Source: Fidelibacterota bacterium
GTDB lineage: Bacteria; Fidelibacterota; Marinisomatia; Marinisomatales; TCS55
Length of the DNA stretch: 32,000 bases
Direction of reading: 5' to 3'
Assembly: GCA_004124385.1 (NCBI GenBank)
Contig: SCKN01000008.1
Location: 14,648 to 46,647, forward strand
Positions within the stretch are counted from its first letter, which is position 1. Every line of letters starts with the position of its first letter. Shown one piece after another: positions 9,644-19,721 of this stretch. Below the pieces are notes generated by a model. That model had not been told where the DNA came from and ran no database searches. It was given only the letters and a program-made list of their open reading frames with translations. A program made the position numbers and the translations under genes.

Positions 9644-12600
9644 GCTGCTTTCTTATATCCTTTATTGATGTAATCTTGTAACTTTTTATGTTTAATAATT
9701 ATTTCTTCTCCGCTTGGACTTATCATTTTGACTTTTTCATTTCGTCCGATTTTACCTTTAACATGTATAGGTGCGCTTGAGGCTTGCTGTGGCCGATTGG
9801 GTTGCTGTCTTTCTTGGGGCTGGGTAGCCATACCCATACCTATTGTTTCTTGATGCTGGAGCTGTACATTTCTGGGCGAATGTTGCTGCGTCTGGGGTTG
9901 TTGCTCCACGCCTTGTAATTGTGTTCTGAATAACCGCTGCAATGTAATTTTATTTGTGGAGGACATCATGTCTCTGAACATTTGAAATCCTTCAGATTTA
10001 TATTCTAATAATGGATTTTTTTGACCATACGCACGAAGGTTTATTCCTTCCCTTAATTGATCCATTCCATAAAGATGGTCTTTCCATTTTTCATCAATTG
10101 AACGTAAAATTATAAATCGTTCAAAACTACGCATAACATTTTCAGGGATTAGAGCTTCTCTTGCTTGATACATTGCAACAGCATCGTCCATTATTTTCTT
10201 ATGAAAATCATCATCACTCATTTCATTACCATTCTCCAGCATAAGCTCATCCGAACTTGCATCCACCATAAGAACGGATGAAAAAATATGCTTTAAATGC
10301 TCCCAATCCCAATCAAGGGGATTATCACTGTTTTGGGCTTCAAATTCATCATCAATAAAATCAGAAATCAGATTCAAAACAGTTTCACGCAGATTTTTAC
10401 CTTGCAATGCTTGATTTCGTAAATCATAAACAACCTGACGCTGCTGATTCATTACGTCATCATATTCAAGTAAATGTTTACGGATTCCAAAATTGCGCTG
10501 CTCCACTTTTTTTTGCGCATTGCTTATGGCTCGGGTAACCATCTTATGGGTTATCACTTCTCCTTCTTCAACGCCCATCCTATCCATAATAGAAGCGACT
10601 CTTTCAGAATTGAATAACCGCATTAAATCATCTTCCAACGACATATAAAATCGTGATGAACCTGGGTCACCTTGACGGCCAGAACGGCCTCGTAGCTGAT
10701 CATCAATTCTGCGTGATTCATGTCTTTCAGTTCCCAGAATGTGTAGTCCGCCTAATTCTATGACACCTTCACCTAATTTAATATCTGTACCACGACCAGC
10801 CATATTTGTGGCAATAGTTACGGCTCCAAGTTGTCCTGCCATGGTAACAATTTCGGCTTCGCTTTTGTGCTGTTTAGCATTTAAAACATTATGGGGAATC
10901 CCTCGGCGTTTGAGCATTCTGGAAAGCAATTCTGATGCTTCAACTGAAATTGTACCCACCAAAGACGGCTGACCTTTGTGATGAATTTCAGCAATTTCTT
11001 CAATGACTGCATTATATTTTTCACGTTTTGTTTTAAAAACCAAATCTTCACGATCATCACGTATAACAGATTCGTTGGTTGGAATCACCATAACATCCAA
11101 ATCATAAATACTCCCTAATTCTTCTGCTTCAGTCTCTGCCGTTCCTGTCATCCCGGATAATTTATCATACATCCTAAAATAATTTTGAATCGTAATGGTA
11201 GCCAAAGTTTGTGTTTCTCGTTTGATTTCAACATTTTCTTTGGCTTCGATGGCTTGGTGCAAACCATCACTATAACGGCGTCCTGGAAGAATTCGCCCAG
11301 TAAATTCATCCACAATAAGTACTTGGCCATCCTGAACAACATATTCAACATCTTTTTCATAAAGTGTTTGGGCCCGTAATAATTGATTGATTGTATGTAT
11401 CTTTGAACTTCGTTCAGCATGGAGTTGATGTGCTTTTTCTTTTTCCTGCTGTTTTTGGATTGTATCTAATGAATCGTTTTCATCAATATCTTGAAGAAGT
11501 TCTCCGATATCTGGAATAACAAACATATCTGGATTATCAGGAGCTAATGCTTCCCGCCCTTTATCTGTAATATCAATGACGTGTGTTTTTTCATCGATAC
11601 TGAAAAAAAGATCTTCGTCAACTTCATGCAATTTTTTATCGCGTAAATAATTAGATTCAATGGATAGAGTCAATGTCTGCATACCTTTTTCCTGGAAAAC
11701 CTTTAACAACCGTTTATGTTTTGGCATGCCTCTAGAAGCCTGTAAAAGTTTTAATCCCGCTTCGTCATCTTTTTCACTTTCAAGAAGTTTTTCTGCACTT
11801 TGTACTAATTCTGTCACAAGAGATTGCTGTTGTCTAACTAAATTTTTCACCAAGGGTGTAAGATCGCGGGATGTTGTATCTACAGGTGCATCAACAGCTC
11901 CAGAAATGATTAGTGGCGTTCTAGCTTCATCAATAAGAACACTATCTACTTCATCGACTATAGCATAAAAATGATCGCGTTGAACTTTCTCTTCTGCCGA
12001 TAAAGCCATATTATCACGAAGATAATCGAATCCAAATTCATTATTGGTTCCATATGTAATATCACAATTATACGCTGCTTGTCTTGCGTCATTATCCATC
12101 GAATTCAGTATAAAACTAACGGTTAAACCAAGACGCTTATAAACTTCACCCATCCATTCAGCATCACGTTGAGCGAGATAATCATTTACTGTAATTAAAT
12201 GAGCACCACGTCCAGCAAGGGCATTTAAATAAAGGGGCATTGTGGCAGCCAATGTTTTTCCTTCACCTGTTTTCATTTCGGCTACTTTTCCCTTATGCAG
12301 AGCAAGCGCTCCAACAATCTGAACATCGTAAGGAATCATTTCCCATTTAAGATCTTGACCAACAACACGCCATGACTGTCCCATAAGGCGTCTACATGAT
12401 TCTTTAACAATAGCAAATGCTTCTGGAAGAAATTCGTCTAATTTTTCCCCTTCAACCTTAAGAATTACTTTGTTGAGCTCCTCCGATGTCAAATCTTTTG
12501 CTTCACCCTTTTCTTTGGCAGATTTTCTCGCAGATATAATTTCATTTCGAATCTCTGCAGTGCGTTTGACTAGATCATCATCTGATTTTCCATTCAGAGT

Positions 12601-12696
12601 TTCATAAATAGCATTTATTTCATCCACTATGGGTTTTAAATTTTTTGTATCTCGTTCAGATTTTGTACCTAAAATCTTTTTCAAAATATTGATCAT
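9640..12696 (-). CDS. secA: Preprotein translocase ATPase SecA
   Basis: MKTGEGKTLAATMPLYLNALAGRGAHLITVNDYLAQRDAEWM, TNNEFGFDYLRDNM, TIATNMAGRGTDIKL, HILGTERHESRRIDDQLRGRSGRQGDPGSSRFYMSLEDDLMRLF. Confidence 0.99.
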   Translation of the reverse strand: MINILKKILGTKSERDTKNLKPIVDEINAIYETLNGKSDDDLVKRTAEIRNEIISARKSAKEKGEAKDLTSEELNKVILKVEGEKLDEFLPEAFAIVKESCRRLMGQSWRVVGQDLKWEMIPYDVQIVGALALHKGKVAEMKTGEGKTLAATMPLYLNALAGRGAHLITVNDYLAQRDAEWMGEVYKRLGLTVSFILNSMDNDARQAAYNCDITYGTNNEFGFDYLRDNMALSAEEKVQRDHFYAIVDEVDSVLIDEARTPLIISGAVDAPVDTTSRDLTPLVKNLVRQQQSLVTELVQSAEKLLESEKDDEAGLKLLQASRGMPKHKRLLKVFQEKGMQTLTLSIESNYLRDKKLHEVDEDLFFSIDEKTHVIDITDKGREALAPDNPDMFVIPDIGELLQDIDENDSLDTIQKQQEKEKAHQLHAERSSKIHTINQLLRAQTLYEKDVEYVVQDGQVLIVDEFTGRILPGRRYSDGLHQAIEAKENVEIKRETQTLATITIQNYFRMYDKLSGMTGTAETEAEELGSIYDLDVMVIPTNESVIRDDREDLVFKTKREKYNAVIEEIAEIHHKGQPSLVGTISVEASELLSRMLKRRGIPHNVLNAKQHKSEAEIVTMAGQLGAVTIATNMAGRGTDIKLGEGVIELGGLHILGTERHESRRIDDQLRGRSGRQGDPGSSRFYMSLEDDLMRLFNSERVASIMDRMGVEEGEVITHKMVTRAISNAQKKVEQRNFGIRKHLLEYDDVMNQQRQVVYDLRNQALQGKNLRETVLNLISDFIDDEFEAQNSDNPLDWDWEHLKHIFSSVLMVDASSDELMLENGNEMSDDDFHKKIMDDAVAMYQAREALIPENVMRSFERFIILRSIDEKWKDHLYGMDQLREGINLRAYGQKNPLLEYKSEGFQMFRDMMSSTNKITLQRLFRTQLQGVEQQPQTQQHSPRNVQLQHQETIGMGMATQPQERQQPNRPQQASSAPIHVKGKIGRNEKVKMISPSGEEIIIKHKKLQDYINKGYKKAA

Positions 12697-12698
12697 AA

Positions 12699-13148
12699 TT
12701 AGTCAGCTTTAACCTGTTTAGATTTTTTTAAAATAAATTGTTTATAAATAGAATCTAAAATACCATTAACAAAACTGAAACTTTCTTCCGTGCTGTATTC
12801 TTTAGCGATTTCGATTGCTTCACTCATGGCTACTTTCGGGGGAACATCTTTAATAAATAACATTTCTGTAATAGACATTCGTAAAATCATTTTATCCAGC
12901 AAAGCAACGCGACTGAATTCCCAATTTTTAAGGTATTTTTCAATTAATTTATCACTTTCATCCGCATGAGCAATGGATTCAACAAAAAGCAATCGAATAA
13001 AATTTTTACTACTTTTATCGTATTTTTCTCGTTTGTAAACATCCTTGAGAATTTTCTCATTATCTTCGTGGGTTTGAACGGCAGCATATAATGCGCCGAG
13101 TACTCCGATTCTAGCTTTGCGTCTGGAGTGCATTATCAATAATCCCAA
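12699..13148 (-). CDS. nusB: Transcription antitermination factor NusB
   Basis: 149 aa with NusB-like pattern RRKARIGVLGALYAAV...VALLDKMILRMSITEMLFIKDVPPKVAMSEAIEIAKEYSTEESFSFVNGILDSI. Confidence 0.93.
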   Translation of the reverse strand: MGLLIMHSRRKARIGVLGALYAAVQTHEDNEKILKDVYKREKYDKSSKNFIRLLFVESIAHADESDKLIEKYLKNWEFSRVALLDKMILRMSITEMLFIKDVPPKVAMSEAIEIAKEYSTEESFSFVNGILDSIYKQFILKKSKQVKAD

Positions 13149-13166
13149 TTTCTCATAATCTGTTGA

Positions 13167-14195
13167 TCAATCAACTGATTGTAGCCAGTTAAATGTATCT
13201 TCACGTTCTTCTCTCTGAATCCCAATCAGTAATGATCGTAATTCATTTGTTATTTTACCGATTTTTTCCCCATTAATAATATATTCTTTGTTATCGCTAG
13301 CAATTTTACCAACCGGTGTAACAACAACTGCTGTTCCTGTACAAAAAACTTCATCTGCAGTACACACTTCATTTAATGTTACATCCGTTTCCTGTACATC
13401 AATTTCTAGTATCTCTCTCGCGAGAGTAAGAACAGAATCTCTTGTAACGCCAGGCAAAATAGAGCCGGCAAGCTTGGGAGTTTTTAATACATTATCTTTA
13501 ATAATAAACATATTAGCTGCACCTGCTTCTTCAATTAACTCTTCATCCCCAGCATTTAAATAAATAACTTCATCGTACCCTTCATTTTTTGCCTTTATAA
13601 GTGGCAGTAAAGATGCTGAATAATTTCCAATTGCTTTCACATTGCCGATTCCTTTGGGAGCGGCCCTGTGATAATCATTTGTTACAAGGAGATTCAGGGG
13701 TTTGATATCTCCTTTAAAGTAAGGGCCTACTGGAGATGCATAAACTATAAATGTATATTCGTCTACTGGCTTGACTCCTAAAACAGGTGCGGTGCCCCAA
13801 ACGACTGGTCGAAGGTATAAGCTACCCTTTCCATTAGGAGGAATGTAATCTAAATTATCTTTTACAGTTGCGAGTACAGCACGCAGAAATAAATCTTTAT
13901 CCATCGCGGGCATGCACAACCGTTGTGAAGACATGGAAATCCTCTTGGCATTCATATCAGGCCTGAATATTACAATCCGGTTTTTAATTGTCCTATACGC
14001 TTTCATCCCTTCGAATACACCTTGTCCGTAGTTCAAAACACCCGCTGCAGGTGAAAGTTCGATATTACCAAAAGGGATTAATCCCCCTGTAGACCATGAG
14101 CCCTCTCTTTTACAAACGGCTTTGTACATACTTCTGGTTTCAGTCAGGTTAAAACCAAGGCTGTCCCAATCAATTGCTTTTGGATCTATTCCCAT
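13167..14195 (-). CDS. ilvE: Branched-chain amino acid aminotransferase
   Basis: NYGQGVFEGMKAYRT, YLRPVVWGTAPVLGVKP, GNYSASLLPLIKAKNEGYDEVIYLNAG, EVCTADEVFCTGTAVVVTPVG. Confidence 0.95.
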   Translation of the reverse strand: MGIDPKAIDWDSLGFNLTETRSMYKAVCKREGSWSTGGLIPFGNIELSPAAGVLNYGQGVFEGMKAYRTIKNRIVIFRPDMNAKRISMSSQRLCMPAMDKDLFLRAVLATVKDNLDYIPPNGKGSLYLRPVVWGTAPVLGVKPVDEYTFIVYASPVGPYFKGDIKPLNLLVTNDYHRAAPKGIGNVKAIGNYSASLLPLIKAKNEGYDEVIYLNAGDEELIEEAGAANMFIIKDNVLKTPKLAGSILPGVTRDSVLTLAREILEIDVQETDVTLNEVCTADEVFCTGTAVVVTPVGKIASDNKEYIINGEKIGKITNELRSLLIGIQREEREDTFNWLQSVD

Positions 14196-14197
14196 TT

Positions 14198-15340
14198 CTA
14201 ATTTCCTAAAATTTCTCGTGCGATTACTAATTGCAGAATCTCAGATGTGCCTTCATAGATTTGCGTAATCTTGGCATCGCGCATTAATCGTTCCACACCA
14301 TATTCCTGCATATAACCATAACCGCCATAAATCTGTACACATTCTGTTGCATTATCCATGGCTGTTTGCGATGCAAATACTTTCGCCATGGCCGCTTCCT
14401 TGCTAAATGATTTACCTTCATCTTTTAATTTTGCAGCTCGGTGAATGAGCAATCTGGATGCATCCACATTGGTGGCCATAGTTGCAATTTTATCCTTTAT
14501 AGCGCCAAAAGAACCAATCGTTTTGCCAAACTGTTTTCGTTCGTTTGCATACTCCACTGATCGATCTAGGGCTTCCTTGGCGATGCCCAATGCTTGGCTG
14601 GCAATCCCAATGCGACCGCCATCAAGAACTCCCAATGCTACCTTGAATCCCTTGCCTTCATCACTAATTAAATTTTCGACAGGAACTTTGCAATCATCAA
14701 AATATAATTCACACGTATCCGAACCGCGAATGCCCAGTTTATCTTCTTTTTTACCACGAGATAAACCTGGGGTGTCTTTTTCAACAATCAAAGCAGAAAT
14801 CCCTTTATGACCTACACCTTTTTCAGTCATTAAAAATACAACTACAAGGTCAGAACTAATGCCATTACTCACCCAGTTTTTTGTTCCATTTATCACATAT
14901 TGATCCCCATCTTTTACAGCATATGTAAGCATATTGCTGGCATCTGAGCCTGATTGCGGTTCACTCAAAGAAAAAGCGCCCAGCCATTCACCCGCAGCTA
15001 ACTTTTTCAAATATTTCTCACGTAGGCCATCGTTTGCGTATTTATATAATAATTGGCACACTAATGAATTATTTACTGACATAATAACGCCCATGGAAGC
15101 ATCCGCCGCACTAATCTCTTCCATGGCGATACAGTAACTTATTGTATCAAAACCAGCTCCGCCCCATTCTTCGGGAATCATCATACCCATAAAACCTAAC
15201 TCCCCTAGCAATTTTAATTGTTCTTTGGGGAATTCAGCTTTTTCATCCCGATCTATTACTCCCGGAGATAAATGTTCTCGTGCAAAATCGCGAGCTGTTT
15301 TTTGAATTAGCTGCTGTTCTTCTGTGTACGAAAAATCCAT
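14198..15340 (-). CDS. Acyl-CoA dehydrogenase
   Basis: MDFSYTEEQQLIQKTARDFARE...LSEPQSGSDASNM...YGGYGYMQEYGVERLMRDAKITQIYEGTSEI. The track start at 15388 is rejected in favour of the ATG at 15338-15340, which overlaps the upstream stop as TGATG. Confidence 0.95.
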   Translation of the reverse strand: MDFSYTEEQQLIQKTARDFAREHLSPGVIDRDEKAEFPKEQLKLLGELGFMGMMIPEEWGGAGFDTISYCIAMEEISAADASMGVIMSVNNSLVCQLLYKYANDGLREKYLKKLAAGEWLGAFSLSEPQSGSDASNMLTYAVKDGDQYVINGTKNWVSNGISSDLVVVFLMTEKGVGHKGISALIVEKDTPGLSRGKKEDKLGIRGSDTCELYFDDCKVPVENLISDEGKGFKVALGVLDGGRIGIASQALGIAKEALDRSVEYANERKQFGKTIGSFGAIKDKIATMATNVDASRLLIHRAAKLKDEGKSFSKEAAMAKVFASQTAMDNATECVQIYGGYGYMQEYGVERLMRDAKITQIYEGTSEILQLVIAREILGN

Positions 15341-16521
15341 CAAATTTTTTCCACAATTAATGCTGATGCTTCGCCGCCGCCAATACATAACGTCGCTAAT
15401 CCTGTTTTGGCATTATTTTTCTCCATAGCATGAATCAACGTGGTTAATATTCGTGCTCCGCTAGCACCAATAGGATGCCCCAGAGCAATTGCGCCTCCAT
15501 TTATATTGACTTTATTTACATCTAAATTAAAATCATCAATAGCTGCCATGGTGACAGGAGCAAACGCTTCATTTATTTCCCAGAGATCAATACTTTCTGC
15601 GTTGATTCCGGCTTTTTCCAAAACGTTTTTTATCGCTTTGCTGGGTGCAGTTGTAAACCATTCCGGCTCATGAGCTACCGATACTTGGGCAATAATTTTT
15701 ACTATTGGCTTGAGTCCAAGTTCTTCGGCTTTTTCTGATGACATCATCAACACTGCGGAGGCTCCATCATTTATCTTGGATGCATTAGCTGCAGTGATTG
15801 TACCGTCCTTTTCAAATGCCGGTTGCAATGTTTTCATTTTTTCAAAATTAGCTTTGCCGGGTTCTTCATCTTCTGTAACTACAATCGAACCTCCCTTACG
15901 TTGGGGAACCTCTACAGCAATAATTTCATCGATAAACAAACCTTCCGATTGGGCGTTAATTGCTCGACTGTATGATTGCTCTGCAAATTCATCTTGTTCT
16001 TTACGGGTATAATTCTTTTCCCGAGCACATAGCTCCGCACAATTACCCATATGTTGATCATTGTATACATCCCACAATCCATCTTTAATAATACTGTCTT
16101 CAACAGAACCATGCCCTAAACGCTGTCCTGTTCTTCCTTTCGGAAGCAAATATGGAGCGGCAGACATATTTTCCATTCCGCCAGCAATCACGATGTCGGA
16201 ATCACCGCATTGAATTGCCTGGGCTCCCAGCATAACTGCTTTTAAACCAGATCCGCACATTTTATTTATCGTAAGGCATTCAACACTGTTTGGTAGGCCG
16301 GCAAAAAGAGCTGCCTGTCGTGCGGGTGCTTGGCCCAGGCCTGCTGCAAGAACATTGCCCATAATTACTTCATTTACATGATTGACATCCAAACCCGTTT
16401 CGTCTAATAAAGCTTTTATAGCAACAGCACCAAGTTTTGGTGCGGGAATAGAAGATAAACTGCCTTGAAAAGCACCCACGGGTGTGCGTTTAGCTGCAAT
16501 GATTACAACATTTGGATTCAT
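15340..16521 (-). CDS. Acetyl-CoA C-acetyltransferase (thiolase)
   Basis: [61 protein letters not shown]. Confidence 0.96.
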   Translation of the reverse strand: [393 protein letters not shown]

Positions 16522-16762
16522 AGTTTACCCTTTAAAATGTGTGTATATAGCAATTGGAAATGGTTGTTAAGTGTACCAACCATTTCATAACTAAAGCACA
16601 GTAGCTCCAAAAAGCACTGATTTATGTAAAAAAACATCGTTTATTTAATAATTGTCTGTTTAAATCTCGGGCAATTTATTGCTAAAAATTGCGCCAAAAG
16701 TTAGTATAATTTATTCCGAGATACATGGATTTTTACTCTATTAATACAGTCGCTTAAAATGG

Positions 16763-17710
16763 CTACTTATTTCCACCATTCGCCTTATCATAAGCTTTTA
16801 TGATATCCCGAACCAGTTTATGGCGCACTACATCATTTTCATTTAGCTCTACAAAACCAATACCATCCACACCTTTTAAGACATTCAAAACATCAATTAA
16901 CCCGGAGTCAGAATTTTTGGGTAAATCAATCTGGGTTATATCCCCGGTTATGATTGCTTTGGAATTAACGCCGAGGCGAGTCAAAAACATTTTCATCTGC
17001 ATGAGTGTCGAATTTTGCGCTTCATCCAAAATCAGAAAAGCATTGTTCAATGTCCGGCCGCGCATATACGCCAAGGGAATAACTTCAATAATGTTTTTAT
17101 TTAAAATCAATTTAAGTTTGTTGGTCGGCACCATTTCATTCAGTGCATCGTATAGTGGCGTCAAGTATGGGTCTACTTTATCTCTCAAATCACCCGGCAA
17201 GAATCCAAGACTCTCTCCTGCTTCAACAGCCGGCCGACATAAAATAATACGAGTCACATCATGATTTTCCAGAGCTGCAACTGCAAAAGCAACTGCAATA
17301 AATGTTTTACCCGTTCCCGCAGGACCCACAGAAAAAACGATATCATTATTATTAACCATGCCTACATAGTTTTTCTGTCCGGATGTCCTAGGAACGATGG
17401 CTCCTTTTCTGCCATAATGAATTACATCATCAGGAACGTCTTCTTTATGTCCGTTTTCAGAACGAGTCATTTTAATCAGTTGGTGAACATCTTTTTTAGT
17501 TAAAACCCCTTTACGACTCAGGGTCTGAATCATTTCATGGATAATCTCATGTACCATTTCCACATCATCTTTTTGTCCATCCAATTTTATTTCATTTCCC
17601 CTTACCAAAATGTCTGTAGAAAATGTATCGTTTAACAAACGAACATGGGTATCGGCTACTCCGAGAAGAGTCTGTAAATCAACTCCTTTTAATGTAATAG
17701 TCTTCTTCAT
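16763..17710 (-). CDS. phoH: PhoH-family ATPase
   Basis: FSVGPAGTGKTFIAVAFAVAAL, RIILCRPAVEAGESLGFLPGDLRDKVDPYLTPLYDAL, FLILDEAQNSTLMQMKMFLTRLG, ITGDITQIDLP. Confidence 0.95.
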   Translation of the reverse strand: MKKTITLKGVDLQTLLGVADTHVRLLNDTFSTDILVRGNEIKLDGQKDDVEMVHEIIHEMIQTLSRKGVLTKKDVHQLIKMTRSENGHKEDVPDDVIHYGRKGAIVPRTSGQKNYVGMVNNNDIVFSVGPAGTGKTFIAVAFAVAALENHDVTRIILCRPAVEAGESLGFLPGDLRDKVDPYLTPLYDALNEMVPTNKLKLILNKNIIEVIPLAYMRGRTLNNAFLILDEAQNSTLMQMKMFLTRLGVNSKAIITGDITQIDLPKNSDSGLIDVLNVLKGVDGIGFVELNENDVVRHKLVRDIIKAYDKANGGNK

Positions 17711-17787
17711 CTTTTAGAGATTCTGTATTAAGTTTTCAGCCTTAAGAAACAAGTAGAAAACCAGTACGGTAAAAAATACGTTCTTGT

Positions 17788-18675
17788 ATGTATAAAGTCT
17801 ATAAAATAACACTCACCCAATTTACACAATTTTTGATAATTATTTTTCTGGTCATCTCCTCCTGCAAAACACCCGCTCCGTATACACAGGAAGAAGCATA
17901 CCAGGAGAATGTGCAATATCTAAAGGCTCAAGCCACAGACCACTGGAACAAACGTTCGAATGGTAAAAAAGCTGTTATTGCCACCTTCTTTCTGGAAAAA
18001 GCACATTCCCACGAACCGGATAATCTGGAGTTGGCTTTATTATTATGCAGAGCCTACCATTATGAAGCATATTATATTGAAACTGATCCGGCTCAAAAAG
18101 ACAGCTTATATATGATGGGCGTTCGGCTAGCTCTACAATTAATTGAACTATCTCCGGCATATCAAAACATAATAACGTCTGCTCAAGGCGATTCAATGTT
18201 AAAAGTCATTGAGGCGATAACTGTTGTTGAAAAAAAATATATAAGCGCCATGTATTGGTGGGCAACTAATATGGGACGATATCTTTCATCTAAGTCTGTT
18301 CGTGTACGCCTCGATCATAGAGAGCTTGTTGAAGCAGTTATGCATCGTGTTTTATCACTTGATCCTGAATATTTCTATAGCGGTCCGCACCGATTTTTCG
18401 GCGCCTTTTACGCCCGTTTACCCGGAGTGGAGTTGTCCAGATCAGAAGAATATTTCCAAAAAGCAATTGACACTTTTCCTGATTATTTGGGAACCTATGT
18501 TTTAAGAGCACAGTTTTTACATACCAAAGCTGGGGAACGTAAAAAATTCAAAGCGGATCTGGAATTTGTTATCAATGCTGATCCAGCACGCCTTCCTGAT
18601 CTTATGCCTGAAAATCTATTCGAACAAAAAAAAGCCCAGCTTTTACTGAATGAAGAAGAAATGTTATTTGAGTAG
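17788..18675 (+). CDS. TatT-like (TRAP transporter T-component family) lipoprotein
   Basis: Lipobox-like FLVISSC; alpha-helical repeat protein with SSKSVRVRLDHRELVEAVMHRVLSLDPEYFYSGPHRFFGAFYARLPG resembling TatT-type TPR proteins. Confidence 0.7.
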   Translation: MYKVYKITLTQFTQFLIIIFLVISSCKTPAPYTQEEAYQENVQYLKAQATDHWNKRSNGKKAVIATFFLEKAHSHEPDNLELALLLCRAYHYEAYYIETDPAQKDSLYMMGVRLALQLIELSPAYQNIITSAQGDSMLKVIEAITVVEKKYISAMYWWATNMGRYLSSKSVRVRLDHRELVEAVMHRVLSLDPEYFYSGPHRFFGAFYARLPGVELSRSEEYFQKAIDTFPDYLGTYVLRAQFLHTKAGERKKFKADLEFVINADPARLPDLMPENLFEQKKAQLLLNEEEMLFE

Positions 18676-18717
18676 AAATAGTTTGGGATTTCATTTAATC
18701 ATGTATCAAATTAGTCT

Positions 18718-19323
18718 ATGATGTTGTACGTTTTTGTATATACTATTCTTTTCATTTTGAGCGTTTTATTAATTGTGCTCATTCTCCCTGTTCGTATTCG
18801 CTTAACAGGTAGATTAAAATTGAAAGAATCTGATATCGAAGGCAATGTACGATTGCTGCTTGGATATCGTAAACGTGGTATTGGTATTGATATTTTACCG
18901 AAGAAAACCATTACCCTTGGTACGTATCAAAAACCGATTTTTGTAAAATCTCTTCAAAAAAATACCAAAAAGAATAAAAATCACAAACAAGAAAGTGACG
19001 AAAAATCATTAAAAGAAAAATATATGTCATTCCGAAAAATTCCTGTTATGCAATTGATCAAATCCGTCTTAAAATTAATCCATTGGGAAGAATTCTCCTT
19101 GAAAGGAAAGCTGGGCTTTTCTAACCCCATGTATACTGGTCTGGCTTTGGGTTTTTTAAATACATTTAAAGGATTAGTAAATCCACAAAAATTAATATTA
19201 GAATTAGAACCAATATTTTCCGATAAATTAAATACGGATGTTGAAGGAACAATACATATTCGATTGTCGCCGCTTATTACTGTTATCCAAGCAGGATTTA
19301 TTTATTATAAATTTCATAAATAG
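18718..19323 (+). CDS. DUF2953-like (YtfI-like) membrane protein
   Basis: N-terminal TM followed by short beta-rich region (RIRLTGRLKLKESDIEGNVRLLLGYRKRGIGIDI). Adjacency to a YtfJ-like gene supports the call. Confidence 0.65.
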   Translation: MMLYVFVYTILFILSVLLIVLILPVRIRLTGRLKLKESDIEGNVRLLLGYRKRGIGIDILPKKTITLGTYQKPIFVKSLQKNTKKNKNHKQESDEKSLKEKYMSFRKIPVMQLIKSVLKLIHWEEFSLKGKLGFSNPMYTGLALGFLNTFKGLVNPQKLILELEPIFSDKLNTDVEGTIHIRLSPLITVIQAGFIYYKFHK

Positions 19324-19334
19324 AAAGGATTGTT

Positions 19335-19721
19335 ATGAATGTAACAGATCTCATTAAAAGTACATTAGAAGAAGTTCAAAACCTTATGCTGACGCGAACT
19401 GTAGTAGGTGAACCGATTACGATAGGCGATGATACTATTATTCCTGTTTCCAAGGTTACATTTGGCTTTGGTGCCGGCGGAGGTGCAGGCATGGAATCGA
19501 AACAGTCTGGGGAAGGATCTGGAATCGCAGGCGGCTGGAGTATCGAACCCGTAGCTTTCGTAGTCCTTGGAAATGACGGTGCCAAAATGCTTACTGTAGG
19601 CGATAAGGAAAGTGTCGCCGGAAAATTGTTTGATCTTGCACCAAAAGTTATAGAAACCGTAAAAAAAATGGTGGATAATAAAACAGATAACACAAGCAAT
19701 GCAGAGGAGGAAACATCATGA
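19335..19721 (+). CDS. YtfJ/GerW-family protein
   Basis: TVVGEPITIGDDTIIPVSKVTFGFGAGGGAG...GGWSIEPVAFVVLGNDGAKMLTV matches the family pattern. Confidence 0.88.
   Translation: MNVTDLIKSTLEEVQNLMLTRTVVGEPITIGDDTIIPVSKVTFGFGAGGGAGMESKQSGEGSGIAGGWSIEPVAFVVLGNDGAKMLTVGDKESVAGKLFDLAPKVIETVKKMVDNKTDNTSNAEEETS

Noticed and set aside
10739-11968. Several ORFs antisense to or out of frame with secA (10739-10972, 11148-11420, 11185-11379, 11660-11968)
   Set aside because: All lie within the strongly conserved SecA reading frame; composition artefacts.
14445-15673. ORFs overlapping acyl-CoA dehydrogenase and thiolase on the plus strand
   Set aside because: Antisense shadows of well-conserved genes with no independent family signal.
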